Below are positions 11,145-21,452 of a stretch of 64,000 nt of DNA, piece after piece (positions within the stretch are counted from its first letter, which is position 1; every line of letters begins with the position of its first letter). The translations under genes and the position numbers were made by a program. Location of the stretch: positions 1,216,001 to 1,280,000 of the forward strand of contig OZ240248.1 of NCBI GenBank assembly GCA_965198235.1. The letters are read 5' to 3'. The notes under the pieces were generated by a model. That model ran no database searches. It saw only the letters and a program-made list of their open reading frames with translations, and was not told the DNA's origin. Origin of the DNA: Candidatus Poribacteria bacterium. Lineage in GTDB: Bacteria; Poribacteria; WGA-4E; WGA-3G.

Positions 11145-11927
11145 TTATCCCTCATCCTTTATTTGGGGTGTATCATAATTATAAGAAGGTGTTAATTCAC
11201 GTATCTTCGCATCAACTTGCTTGGCAAAAGTGAGGCTTTCGTCGAGTTCAGTACGGAGACGTGTGAGTTCTGTCTCATCGCTTTCAGGGTTGAGCGTTAG
11301 TACCCGGGCGTAGAGATGTGAAAGTTGGACAATCGTCTGCTGAACGTCTGCGATCTGTTGTTCTCGGTGTTGTTCGAGTACACTTTTGACGGTTGCCAAT
11401 TGCGTATCTCTTGATTTTTCATGCATTTTAAGCGTGTCTTTCAAGCATTGTACCGCTTGTGTGAAGAGTTCAGAAACTTTATTGGTAATGTCAGCCCTAA
11501 CGCTCATAGGGAGCGTGCCCATCCATCCATCACCGCCTGCCTCCTCCTGAAAGGATTTGTGCAAGTCGCGAAGTTCTTCAAGCATCGTTTCTGTTCGGGC
11601 ATCTCCATCAGATTCAAGTTGTTCATGTAAGATGTTGAGTTCTTCGTCCTGCTTTTGGTGGACTTCCTGAAGGATCTCGCTGTGAACCTGTTTGGCTATA
11701 TCTTCTGTACCGGTTGCCCACTTGCTAATCAGAGTCCCGATAGGCACCAAGATGCTGAGAATTGCGCTACCGAATAGATAAAGAATCTTCGGTTCTAAAT
11801 TGAATATCCAAGATGCAAAAGCGATGGAACTTCCCACGGCGAAGGGGAAGAGAACATAAGAGTTACCAAGAAGATGGAGTAGGAATTTCCTCCGAAACAA
11901 TTTCCGATCAATCAATTTCTTCACCAT
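11145..11927 (-). CDS. Membrane-anchored coiled-coil protein (2 TM helices)
   Basis: Two hydrophobic segments followed by a helical, charged region. Probable start ATG 11927; the longer called N-terminus runs through a MITE. Confidence 0.72.
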   Translation of the reverse strand: MVKKLIDRKLFRRKFLLHLLGNSYVLFPFAVGSSIAFASWIFNLEPKILYLFGSAILSILVPIGTLISKWATGTEDIAKQVHSEILQEVHQKQDEELNILHEQLESDGDARTETMLEELRDLHKSFQEEAGGDGWMGTLPMSVRADITNKVSELFTQAVQCLKDTLKMHEKSRDTQLATVKSVLEQHREQQIADVQQTIVQLSHLYARVLTLNPESDETELTRLRTELDESLTFAKQVDAKIRELTPSYNYDTPQIKDEG

Positions 11928-11929
11928 AT

Positions 11930-12047
11930 TATAGTAAAGCCCGAAGATACGTGAACACTTTAGAAAACACAAACATCCCTTCTTCGCTGGCGAGGTTTGC
12001 AACCTCGCCCTTCTGTCGGTGTATAGATAATTATGGGCTTTACCATA
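11930..12047. mobile_element. MITE-like element (TATAGTAAAGCCC...GGGCTTTACCATA)
   Basis: Terminal inverted repeats and internal CTGGCGAGGTTTGCAACCTCGCC; same family as 3948-4066. Confidence 0.7.
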
Positions 12048-12145
12048 GTTTTCAGAAGGAAACCGCTTTCTTACCAACAGTTGGATTCCAACAACTCAAC
12101 TTAATATCGAATGTAGAAAGCACGGGGTGTTGGTCAAAACCGTTC

Positions 12146-13741
12146 CTAATACGGCTTTCCGAGGAGTTCGAATGTAACGCTTTGTGCTGCTGCACCTCGC
12201 ATCTGGGTGGAGGTCTGATTGCTTGCGATGGCGCGGATGCGGTGGTTTGCGATACCAGAATTTCTCAGAGATTGTGATGCTGCCTCAGCACGCTGTAAGG
12301 CGAGAATCCGATTCGCCGCTGGATCGCCTTCCTGACGCGTGTGCCCTACCACTCTGAGATAATACTGTGGGAACGATTTCAGGTTTGCAGCGAGTTCTTT
12401 CAGCGCGCGTTCACTATTTGGAAGAATACGAGCATTCCCCCGTCCGAATTGGATCGGCTCTACTTTCATCGCCGCAACGGGCATAAGCGTGTTCCAGTTT
12501 GTATCAGAAAGCGGGTTCAGTGCTGCTGCTTCTTGAACCTGTTCCATAGGTGGCGAGCCAACGAAAATGCCGTCTAATCCGTCGGGACCGCCCGAGTTCA
12601 ACATACCGGGGTGGAATTTATCGTGGTGAAGTGAGCGCAAAATACCCTCAAAGAATAACTGCTCGTAATTTCCTGACACCGGATCAGCGGAGATTGAGTC
12701 CGTCTGCACCAGCACCTGCGTAATTTTAGCGATCATTGTTTCGAGTCTCTCGGCACCTTTTGCCTCCACTGAAGAAATCACTCCGAAATGCGCGTAATTC
12801 TCAACCGTATTCCGCCATTCAATGCCCTTGATTAATTTATTCGTCTCATTTCGGTTAAGCGAATCACCATACTGCTTTGCATCCGCTTGGATCAAGGACG
12901 CTAACCCATCGGGCTGGTTATTGTAATCATAGTTTGCTCGAAGATACGCTTGGACAACGTGCGTGACGAGTTCACGTTGTGAATCCAAAAATTCGCGCTG
13001 AACCACTAACACATCAACGATATAACCCTTCAGTTTTGAGCTGTCTAACAGCAGATGCACACCCTCAATAGCGAGTGCTTTCGTTACGTAAGGTTCCCAG
13101 ATGACATAAGCGTAGGGCTCATCCGGATCAGCGGTCTTGAGTTTCTTATAGGCATCTCCAGCACCGTTTGTCTCCACTGCCCACGAAGAGGGTAGGCTCG
13201 GCAGACTCATTTTGTTAATCATAATTCGGGCGAGTGTTTCACTCGGCGAATCCGGGGTCAGCACGATACGCGCCCGCGGATTGCTCAAACTCGGTATTTG
13301 AGGCACACCTCGCTTATAGGCAACAATCGCATCTGCCCCTTTAGATTCATCAATCACAAGGACAATTGAACCGGGGAATTCGCCGATGACGCTACCTGAC
13401 TTGAGGTAGGCATCAATAGTGAAAACCGCCATCTGTACCTTACCGCTTTTCAGAGCGCGTGCTCTCCCTATATAATCGGCTTTATCGTCAACGAACGTCA
13501 GTTTAATCCCTTGCCGGTCCAACAGGTTCTGAACAGCTGGAGAGCGGAGTATCGCATACCCCGGAAACGAGTCATGCGCCACTTTGATAGTATGCGCATA
13601 CCGTTGTGTGCTCGTCTCTTTGACGAGATCGCCTCGCAGCCACGGTTCAACAACAAACTTGTAAACTAACCCGGTTACCCCGATGATAACCAACCAGCTT
13701 GCGGTCGCGATGATTAGGCGTTTTTTCTTCCCAGCGTCCAT
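12146..13741 (-). CDS. NMT1/THI5-like solute-binding protein fused to an OmpA-like peptidoglycan-binding domain
   Basis: N-terminal TM; DESKGADAIV, WEPYVTKA and IVDVLVVQR motifs; C-terminal IQFGRG...VVGHT...NRILALQRAEA OmpA signature. Confidence 0.8.
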   Translation of the reverse strand: MDAGKKKRLIIATASWLVIIGVTGLVYKFVVEPWLRGDLVKETSTQRYAHTIKVAHDSFPGYAILRSPAVQNLLDRQGIKLTFVDDKADYIGRARALKSGKVQMAVFTIDAYLKSGSVIGEFPGSIVLVIDESKGADAIVAYKRGVPQIPSLSNPRARIVLTPDSPSETLARIMINKMSLPSLPSSWAVETNGAGDAYKKLKTADPDEPYAYVIWEPYVTKALAIEGVHLLLDSSKLKGYIVDVLVVQREFLDSQRELVTHVVQAYLRANYDYNNQPDGLASLIQADAKQYGDSLNRNETNKLIKGIEWRNTVENYAHFGVISSVEAKGAERLETMIAKITQVLVQTDSISADPVSGNYEQLFFEGILRSLHHDKFHPGMLNSGGPDGLDGIFVGSPPMEQVQEAAALNPLSDTNWNTLMPVAAMKVEPIQFGRGNARILPNSERALKELAANLKSFPQYYLRVVGHTRQEGDPAANRILALQRAEAASQSLRNSGIANHRIRAIASNQTSTQMRGAAAQSVTFELLGKPY

Positions 13742-13746
13742 AGTTT

Positions 13747-14676
13747 CTATTTCCTATTTCTGAAAATCAAGAAGCCGGTAACGGAAAGCACAACCAGAAG
13801 GATGACGAACCATATAGCACCTTGATTTTCATCATCATGTCGCTGTGGTGTCGGAGCCTTTCTCGGTGTTGTCGTTTGCGCCTGTGTCGCCTCTATAGAT
13901 TTTACAGCGATTGCCGTATTCCTCGGCAGCGTTGTCAGCCGCTGAATTAAATCAGAGGCAATTTCCGATGAAAGCGGGGCAATGTATTCAAATACATCTT
14001 CGCCGCTAACGTCTGTACCTGTATCGCCGGTTTCCGCAAGAATCTGCGACACTGCCGCCACCAACTCGCCTGGGTTATCTGCCTTGCGGTAACTATCCAC
14101 GACATTTGCCAACATGTGATCGGTTTTCATATCAACACCGATTACATCAATGCGAATCTGGCGATTGAGGATTTCAGGCGTGTAGTACTTAACTTTGTCG
14201 GCATCCGAAGCCTCACCATCTGTAACAACTAACAGCCGATAGTTACCGTAGTTGTACTGTTTTTCCCGTTGTTCAAGGAGGCGATTTGCCCCAATTCGGA
14301 TATATTTCCCCAATGGCGTGTTGCCGCTGGGTTGTGGTAAATGAATAGCTGCTATCAGTTTTTGAGTGTCCTTCAGTCCTAACGGATAAACCCATTCGTT
14401 CTGGATGTTAGTACCGCTAAACACCAGCAATCCGATATGGGTGTCGTTAGGAACTTTCGCCAGCACTTCTTGTAGTGCCCCCTTCGCTGCTTCCATCTTC
14501 GATTTCGTCTGGTCTCCACTAAACTTATCCCGCATTGAGCCAGAGGCATCGAGAATCACAACAATGTTATCTTTATGAATGTCATCGTCGGTACTGCCGA
14601 GTTGGACACTAAAAATGAGTAGACTCAATAGGAGAATAAGTCGCACACCGGAGTTGGCGGTTATAATGCCTTTCAT
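13747..14676 (-). CDS. von Willebrand factor A domain protein, exported with C-terminal TM anchor
   Basis: MIDAS motif DASGS, GNTPL and VVTDG; signal-like N-terminus from ATG 14676; C-terminal hydrophobic helix followed by RNRK. Confidence 0.88.
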   Translation of the reverse strand: MKGIITANSGVRLILLLSLLIFSVQLGSTDDDIHKDNIVVILDASGSMRDKFSGDQTKSKMEAAKGALQEVLAKVPNDTHIGLLVFSGTNIQNEWVYPLGLKDTQKLIAAIHLPQPSGNTPLGKYIRIGANRLLEQREKQYNYGNYRLLVVTDGEASDADKVKYYTPEILNRQIRIDVIGVDMKTDHMLANVVDSYRKADNPGELVAAVSQILAETGDTGTDVSGEDVFEYIAPLSSEIASDLIQRLTTLPRNTAIAVKSIEATQAQTTTPRKAPTPQRHDDENQGAIWFVILLVVLSVTGFLIFRNRK

Positions 14677-14689
14677 CAAAGTTTTTCGG

Positions 14690-14785
14690 ACCGGAAACCT
14701 CGCCTTAAGAGGCGAGGCGGAAAGTCCCTCTCCGTTTTTTACTAAACTTTTTTTAGAAAATTCCGTTAGGGTGGGTAGCACCTGA
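14690..14785. mobile_element. IS200/IS605-end-like palindromic remnant
   Basis: GAAA-CCTCGCCT-TAAG-AGGCGAGG-CGGAAAGTCC hairpin (14698-14717) plus a degenerate TTAGGGTGGGTAGC second end; no transposase gene. Confidence 0.4.
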
Positions 14786-14893
14786 CGAAAAGAACCTATC
14801 TATGTCATGCAAACTGTCAATCTTCGGAAACCTTCAGCAAGAAGTTTTCGCTCAAAGAACTTCTCTCTTTCTGATGGCTGACTGCTATTCCCG

Positions 14894-16816
14894 CTAAAAA
14901 TCAAAATCAGAAGCTGCGACAGCTTCCGCTGAAACTTTAATCAGCGCGAATTCAACGCGCCTGTTTTCTGCTGCTTCAGTCGGACTGGTCGGCTTTGCAA
15001 TAACGGGCTCCTTAATTCCGACACCTACTGGCACAATCTGGTCCGGGTCGATGCGTGCGTTTTTGCGACGGGCATAGGCGATGATCGCCTGTTTAACCGT
15101 TTGTCCCCGCTGCTCAGAGAGTTTGAGAGCAGCCCGCATCACTTGGTAAGGACTCTCAATGTTGCTACCATCGTCAAACTTCCTCTGCTGAATCAGCCGA
15201 ATCAGGTTTGCGGTGTTTTCCAAGCTAAAAGCCTTACCGTCCATGAAATATTTGTAGTTACCTCGCGTGCCCGTCCGCCTCAAAATACCTGTTTGGAGCC
15301 CCGTTTTAACTAATACGCTCAGGGTTCGAGAGGGGTCGCTGTGCCCCTTTATTGCAATGGCGGCGTTACCGTATTTTGAAGCCAACTCAACAACTCTACC
15401 GAATTCTTCTCGGTATTCGGTATCGCTAAAGGTATCTTGATTTGCCTTAAATTGAATTGTAAACGAGATAAGCGTCTTTTCGTCGAGCACTGCGTCTTCA
15501 TTAAACGATTCAATTTCAGCGCGCACTGTCTCTTTTTTGAAACGGGTCTGTTTCAGTTGCGCAGGGGCTGTCACGGTCGTCGTCAGCAGGTTCTTAAAGG
15601 TTGACGAATTAAAATCTAAATCGGAGGGGAGCAGCGCATATCTCTGCCTGGCAAACCCCCAGTTCACCGCCATGTCCAGGCCTGCTTTATTGAAGCCTTC
15701 AAAGCCTGTAATGGTGTTACGCGGATCTTTGAAGAAGGCGATATTTCCCGGTTGCCCAACGAACGTGCAATCCGCGATTAAGCCATGGGCATCCTCTTCA
15801 AGCGTGGGTAATACTTCTTTACCGTAGATGTTTTGCATCATCGTCAGGAGCTGCGTGTATTTTTGGGAGCCGCTCTTTTCGTAGGCTTTTTTAAGAGCCA
15901 CAACCTCTTCGGCACCCTTCAGATAACCCGCGAAGAAGCGTTCAACGAACGGTTTGTAAGCGTCGTAGAAATCCTTGCGGCAGGCGTAAACATCAGCGAT
16001 AGAACGTGAAAGCGTCGCGGTACTAATGACAACCCGAGCACCTTTGACGGTACCTTCAGCTCCAGTGCCAGTATTCTCGGGACCGCCTGTCAATCCAATC
16101 ATATCGGGGGTTATCACAAAGCAACCTGCGATAGTGGGGTCCTTTCGGAAGCGTTCTGCGGGTCCTTTCGCACCTGTTAATTCGTCGACCCAAACAATTT
16201 CCACCTGGGACTTTGAAAGACGGGCAGTCTTCAACATATCATAGAGCATCCCTACGTGCGGGCCACCCTTTTGGATAGCAATCTTTTTGCCCCTAAGGTC
16301 AGAAATTTTCCGGATGTTAGAACGTCCAACGAAGTGGTCACCTGCTGACCAGGTGAGTTGTCCGAAAACGACCGGTTTTGTACGGGCATCCTTTCCCACG
16401 GCTTCGCTTGCTTGCGCTATCATCCTAAACGTACCACGCAGGAAGGGTGATTTGCCCGCAAGATAGTCGCGGACCTGCTGCTGAAAGTTATCTCCCGGCA
16501 CCAATTTGAGATTCATTCCGAGTTCCGCCATAATCGTGCCAGGGCGAGTCGTCAGCCCACCGTTGGCATGGAAAAGGGCAGCTTCCCCACCCCATGTGAT
16601 ATATGGAACTACTAACGGGGTTATTGCTGTTACCTCTCGAACAGTAACAGGACCGACTGCATCTGAAAACCGCTCTTGCGCGTTTGCCTGCGGCGCAAGA
16701 AAGATGAACAGACTCATGAGACAAAACAACATGCATTTTTGGCGTAATTTGCAAGCCAAAAACTTGCTATAGAAAATTAAAAATCGCTGGCAAATCGACC
16801 TAGAATTCCTTTTCAT
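14894..16816 (-). CDS. Solute-binding protein (NMT1/SsuA-like) fused to an OmpA-like domain
   Basis: Signal peptide (ANA-Q); LTWSAGDH, LRGKKIA and IADVYA motifs; OmpA motifs IKGHSD, KLSEQR, GVGIKEP and NRRVEF. Confidence 0.8.
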   Translation of the reverse strand: MKRNSRSICQRFLIFYSKFLACKLRQKCMLFCLMSLFIFLAPQANAQERFSDAVGPVTVREVTAITPLVVPYITWGGEAALFHANGGLTTRPGTIMAELGMNLKLVPGDNFQQQVRDYLAGKSPFLRGTFRMIAQASEAVGKDARTKPVVFGQLTWSAGDHFVGRSNIRKISDLRGKKIAIQKGGPHVGMLYDMLKTARLSKSQVEIVWVDELTGAKGPAERFRKDPTIAGCFVITPDMIGLTGGPENTGTGAEGTVKGARVVISTATLSRSIADVYACRKDFYDAYKPFVERFFAGYLKGAEEVVALKKAYEKSGSQKYTQLLTMMQNIYGKEVLPTLEEDAHGLIADCTFVGQPGNIAFFKDPRNTITGFEGFNKAGLDMAVNWGFARQRYALLPSDLDFNSSTFKNLLTTTVTAPAQLKQTRFKKETVRAEIESFNEDAVLDEKTLISFTIQFKANQDTFSDTEYREEFGRVVELASKYGNAAIAIKGHSDPSRTLSVLVKTGLQTGILRRTGTRGNYKYFMDGKAFSLENTANLIRLIQQRKFDDGSNIESPYQVMRAALKLSEQRGQTVKQAIIAYARRKNARIDPDQIVPVGVGIKEPVIAKPTSPTEAAENRRVEFALIKVSAEAVAASDFDF

Positions 16817-16883
16817 GATTTTCCTCTCGTTTCGTTCGTTTTCAATTATCAGTTAAAGACAATAACCGATAAACTTGTCAAAT

Positions 16884-17813
16884 TTACCTTGTGAGGGCAT
16901 ATGCAACGACGTTCATCCCCTGTTCAAATGCCCAATCCCGCTGTTCCGCACCACCAGGCTCACACGGTCTACCTTCCCACGCGCAATTGAGGTCACTCGG
17001 ACAGAAGTAGACAATCACGCGGTCGTCGTCCATAATTGCCTCGTCATAGTCGGAGATGTCAGGGATGCGTTTATCACCGCCGAGGTATTCATCGTGCTGA
17101 AAGAGCGTCCGATAAATCGGATGACTCATCTCCAGCCGTTCAAAATTCTTTTCCGGATAGACCTGCCGCATCATCTCATAGATATGCGGACGCAAACCGC
17201 CGCGATAACCGTTAAGGCGTGCATCACAGTCTTCGACGTGAAGAAAGCCACCACGTTCAAAATAATCTCTCAACTTTCGGATCTGTTCAGGAGAAAGCCG
17301 AATCCCGGTATGTCCTGTCATATAGAGGAATGGATAGGCGAATAATCCTTCGTCATCAATGTCAACATATTGCGGATGCTCACGTACCTCAACATCAATT
17401 GTCGTATATTTAGCAAGTTCCTGAGTGAACTTCAGATCCGATTGCCAGTAATAGTGATTGACAATGTTCGTCCACCAATCGCCACCGGGATACTTGAGTC
17501 GCACAAACGTGAATTTCTCACCCGTTGGATTCATCTCAGGATAGTGGTGTTCAATTACCCCATATCGTCCGTAGTGAAAATCCCCTGCTGCGTCATAAGG
17601 GAGATATTCTCGGAACCTCCATTGGGCATGTGCAGGCAGAATCAGCTTACCCGCGGCGAGCGCAGAGGCAGCAAGTCCAACGGAGCCTTTAAAAAAGGAG
17701 CGTCGCGACAGTCTTTTTGCCGGTTTCGATTCCACGCTGGATATAAGTTCCCGGTATTCGTTACCAGCATCCGATTTCTTTCGAGGTTCGGGGTGTCTAT
17801 TGTTGCTTGACAT
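16884..17813 (-). CDS. Tat-exported DUF4159 domain protein
   Basis: AGGAGG RBS before ATG 17813; SRRSFFK Tat motif; YPFLYMTGH, LRDYFERGGFL and GMNVVAYALT motifs. Confidence 0.82.
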   Translation of the reverse strand: MSSNNRHPEPRKKSDAGNEYRELISSVESKPAKRLSRRSFFKGSVGLAASALAAGKLILPAHAQWRFREYLPYDAAGDFHYGRYGVIEHHYPEMNPTGEKFTFVRLKYPGGDWWTNIVNHYYWQSDLKFTQELAKYTTIDVEVREHPQYVDIDDEGLFAYPFLYMTGHTGIRLSPEQIRKLRDYFERGGFLHVEDCDARLNGYRGGLRPHIYEMMRQVYPEKNFERLEMSHPIYRTLFQHDEYLGGDKRIPDISDYDEAIMDDDRVIVYFCPSDLNCAWEGRPCEPGGAEQRDWAFEQGMNVVAYALTR

Positions 17814-17917
17814 GACCTTTCCTCCTGTCCCGATTTCTATTGTAGCCAACCTGTCTTTTCTTCTGCTATCCACTAACAACGGTTTATTGTGCTGACATTA
17901 TTTTACATTATTATAAC

Positions 17918-19342
17918 CTAAAAGCGCGAAAAAATCAAGATCGCGTCCGAAATTGCGCGTCCCCGTTGCCTCGGCATCGAACGTATCCGCCGGTTACCGC
18001 GGGTGATCTTTGTGTTCTTTTCTACTCGTGCCTTTTTCCCTTCCGGTTTATCACGCGACTTATCAGACGCAGCCTCTTTCTGTTTGGCGCTCACAACTTC
18101 ATCTCGGACAACTAACATTGATGAAGTGCCGCCGTCAAGATTAAGCGCATCCGTCGCGCCCCATTCCAGAAACAGTTCCGCGAGCCGTGGCAGCATTACA
18201 CCGCGTCGGACCCCTGCTTCTGTTGCTGTTATCGTCACGAAAAGGAGGGTGCCATCCGCCTTTTTACCGACTGCTGTCCGTGGATGCCAAAAACTGTGAA
18301 AAGCACGATCAAAGCCCTCTTGTTCGTAAGATTTCGTTGAAGATGCGACTCCATCCTGCAGTAGTAACGGACCACCGCCGACAATATGTGTGAAACTTGC
18401 CCACAAATCGCTGTCGCCGACGCGCTCAGGGATGATTGTCTCACGAATCTGAACCGCATCGCCTTCTGCGGTGTGGGTTAAAAGATCCTCGCGTCTTTTA
18501 CCACTTGCTGACAAAATATAACCATCTGTCGGGATGCGCGAACTCCCTTGTCCGTTGTGGATGCCGACGACCTCACCATTTCTCACAACGGCTTCTACCC
18601 CATCGGGCATTGTCAAGGTCACGACGTGAAAATGCGGGCGGTAAATTACGAATTCGTTTCTGCCACGGTTCCGATTCATACCGTCAATTGGCAACGTCCC
18701 CCCACTCGGTAGAACGAGTTCCTGCCGCAGTGCTATCCGGTCAATGGACGCTTCGATTTTTCCATCAACCGTTCGGAGTCCGATCACCGCTCTGCCCTGT
18801 TCCGGTTCGCTTATCCATTCACCATCAATCTTCAACGCACCGACCGACTCGCCACGGAACGTACCCACCATCTCAAAGAAGCCACCATTTATCGCAGCGA
18901 GTGCCTTGTGCCGCCGCGCAAGCGACACCAATGTTTCAGTCCCAATCCCTGCACTCAGCGCACGATATGGACGGATGTCCACAGCATCTGGAGACACCTC
19001 AAGAATGTTCGTCAATACGCCGTTATCTTGTATCTGCCGGTGCACAACTCCCCGAGCAACCGATTTTGTCACATCCGTCCGCTCACGATCCGCAAAGGAA
19101 CGAAAATAATCGGTTATTTTGCTGAACTGAACCGTCTGTCCCAACTGAATACCGATGCCGAGGATCAGCAGAAAGCCAATTATTGTCCATGTGCGTGGGT
19201 AGCGTCTGATGAAACGGAAGCACCGCCGTCCTAAATAGGTAATGTCAAACACTTTTTTAACTATTGGGTTTCTGAGCTGCCCTCCGCTACGCTTACGGGC
19301 AGGTTTTTGATTAATTCGAGAAAGTTTCAAAAACCATAGCAC
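17918..19342 (-). CDS. Phosphodiester glycosidase (NAGPA) family protein
   Basis: AAINGGFF, GGGPLL, HPRTAVG and ALNLDGGTSS motifs; N-terminal TM; start codon uncertain. Confidence 0.85.
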   Translation of the reverse strand: MLWFLKLSRINQKPARKRSGGQLRNPIVKKVFDITYLGRRCFRFIRRYPRTWTIIGFLLILGIGIQLGQTVQFSKITDYFRSFADRERTDVTKSVARGVVHRQIQDNGVLTNILEVSPDAVDIRPYRALSAGIGTETLVSLARRHKALAAINGGFFEMVGTFRGESVGALKIDGEWISEPEQGRAVIGLRTVDGKIEASIDRIALRQELVLPSGGTLPIDGMNRNRGRNEFVIYRPHFHVVTLTMPDGVEAVVRNGEVVGIHNGQGSSRIPTDGYILSASGKRREDLLTHTAEGDAVQIRETIIPERVGDSDLWASFTHIVGGGPLLLQDGVASSTKSYEQEGFDRAFHSFWHPRTAVGKKADGTLLFVTITATEAGVRRGVMLPRLAELFLEWGATDALNLDGGTSSMLVVRDEVVSAKQKEAASDKSRDKPEGKKARVEKNTKITRGNRRIRSMPRQRGRAISDAILIFSRF

Positions 19343-19399
19343 GTAACGAAGTGGAGTGCGGATTTAAGGAACGCACGCAAAAGTCTAAACGCACGAGGT

Positions 19400-20803
19400 T
19401 TAACCGCAAGGTAAATTAAAAATCCGTTCCTCCCATTCATCGCATGTTGCGTGGGTACGCCGCACCGAAGCACCGATATAATTCGTCGGATCTTGGAGTG
19501 CTTCACGCTGCGATTCCGTCAACTTGTCGAGGAATGGACGAAACGTTTCATCTTCCCACAATAACGCCGTCAAACTCTTTCCGGTCTGATGCACCTGTCC
19601 TATCAACTTCCGGGTGTGATCATACGCATCGGGAAACCCGTAATACGCCATCAGCAGATAAATGGGTTCTGCGATCGTATCCTCTGCACTCAGAGCGAGG
19701 TTGCGCCGCATATTGTCCGCTTTGACATCCATCTCCTCCAATGCACGCCGAAGCCGATAGATCGCGTAATCGAACGCCGTGAACAGTTCCGTCAAGAAGC
19801 GGCTTGATGCCGAATTCGTCAAATCGCGTTGATGTTCTAAAATGCTATCCATAAAGACGGTCTGCATACGCGGCACGAACGCCTTCCACAAACTTTTGAT
19901 GTTCTCGTACGTTTCTGGATTCACTTTGTGCGGCATCGTCGATGAGCCTACCAACTGCGGATTATACTTTCTGCCGACCTCAGCGATTTCAGTCCTATAG
20001 AGGTGCCGCATATCGTCTGCGAAGTTCGCAAGCACTGTATATGCCGCCGTAATCTGATACGCCAGATCCGAAATGAACTCTGGTTCCACACACTGCGTTG
20101 ACGTGTGTGTATCGGACGGTTTCAAGCCGAGTAGTGCGAGAAAATCCGCCTCGATCTGCTCTGGATGTTCATGAATCAGCGTGAGTCCATTGAACGCGCC
20201 GACTGCCCCTGAAAATTGCCCACGGAGGTTTTGTCCCGCTTTGTGAATCTCTTCAATTCGGGTACCGAGGCGACTCACGTAAAGTGCCAACGCATAGCCG
20301 AACGTTGTCGGCTCCGCGTGTTGTCCGTGTGTCCTGCCGATTTGCACCGTCCCTGCATGCTCGCGCGCCAGTGCAATCAATTGCTGTTCCAGGACAACCA
20401 GATCAGGAATAATGACGTTTTCTGTGAGTGCTTTAAACCGCAATGCAGTAGCGGTATCTAAAACGTCCGCGGAGGTCGCAAACAGGTGGACATAAGGGCG
20501 CGCTTCCGGGCTAATCTTCCGCCGAATCACATTGACGAGTGAGCGGATATTGTGCCGAATGCGAGACTGCTCCTCATAAACCTCTTCCGCCGTTACCAGA
20601 TCCACTGCCTCTTCTACTTCATCAGCGATCGCGGAAGTGCAGACCCCGTAGTTTGCCAAAGTGCGTACCAACGCCGCCTCCACCTTCGCCTGATATGTGA
20701 CATATCCTGCCTCAGAGACATAGGGTAGCAACCGTTTCATAAAATCGGGATCACCACCGTAGTACCTAAAATCCAGTGGACTGACGGCTTCATAAAGTTC
20801 CAT
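19400..20803 (-). CDS. purB: Adenylosuccinate lyase
   Basis: SPLDFRY, GRTHGQHA, SGAVG, GSSTMPHKVNP and QRDLTNS fumarase-superfamily/PurB signatures. Confidence 0.9.
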   Translation of the reverse strand: MELYEAVSPLDFRYYGGDPDFMKRLLPYVSEAGYVTYQAKVEAALVRTLANYGVCTSAIADEVEEAVDLVTAEEVYEEQSRIRHNIRSLVNVIRRKISPEARPYVHLFATSADVLDTATALRFKALTENVIIPDLVVLEQQLIALAREHAGTVQIGRTHGQHAEPTTFGYALALYVSRLGTRIEEIHKAGQNLRGQFSGAVGAFNGLTLIHEHPEQIEADFLALLGLKPSDTHTSTQCVEPEFISDLAYQITAAYTVLANFADDMRHLYRTEIAEVGRKYNPQLVGSSTMPHKVNPETYENIKSLWKAFVPRMQTVFMDSILEHQRDLTNSASSRFLTELFTAFDYAIYRLRRALEEMDVKADNMRRNLALSAEDTIAEPIYLLMAYYGFPDAYDHTRKLIGQVHQTGKSLTALLWEDETFRPFLDKLTESQREALQDPTNYIGASVRRTHATCDEWEERIFNLPCG

Positions 20804-20959
20804 AAAATGTCTTCTCCGTTAGAGCGGAGCAAACTCCACTCTTTCATCTTTGTTTTCTTACCAATTATACACGCGATTGAGGCGAATGTAAAGCGTTTGT
20901 TTTCCTGTAGGCAGGGCTATTTAGTTTTCCATTTTTTGCGACATTTTTGGATAACCAAA

Positions 20960-21310
20960 CCCGGTAGGAGCGGTTTGATAAGGTTTCAATAAATATTTCG
21001 GTAATTCTACCCCAAAAATCATTGTAGGGGGTTTTTGCTTGGGGTGTTTTTGCTTGGGTATTTCTGCATATTGATAGGTGTTTTTGCTGTAGGAGCGAGT
21101 TGTACTCGCGACGTTCATCGACCGCTGACTGCTGATTGCCAACGGTAGGAGGGATCTCCAAATCCCGACTTATCCCATACAATCGGCAGGTGGCAAGGTT
21201 CTAACCTCGCTTACCATAATCCCCTTCCTTTGCTGGCGAGGTTTCTAACCTCGCTACCCACAACCCTCCTTTCTTCGCTGGCGAGGTTTCCCAACCTCGC
21301 CTCGTCCCTA
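20960..21310. repeat. Cluster of GTAG/REP-like palindromes
   Basis: Three GGCRAGGTT..AACCTCGC copies, GTAGGAGGGATCTCCAAATCCCGAC, GTAGGAGCGAGTTGTACTCGCGAC and tandem GTTTTTGCTTGGG units. Confidence 0.7.
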
Positions 21311-21452
21311 ACGCAACCCAAGATAAACGCAGTAAGGGGAAAAACACAACCGGTTGCTTCCCTATACTTACGAGAATCAAAATGTGAAAAATAATTTCAC
21401 AATTTAGCACTTTATGCATCACATATCACGCTTTAGATTCTCCTCCTTGTTT

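Noticed and set aside
20960-21310. CRISPR array (also considered at 37164-37365 and 34065-34160)
   Set aside because: Repeats are degenerate or have identical or irregular spacers, and there are no cas genes.
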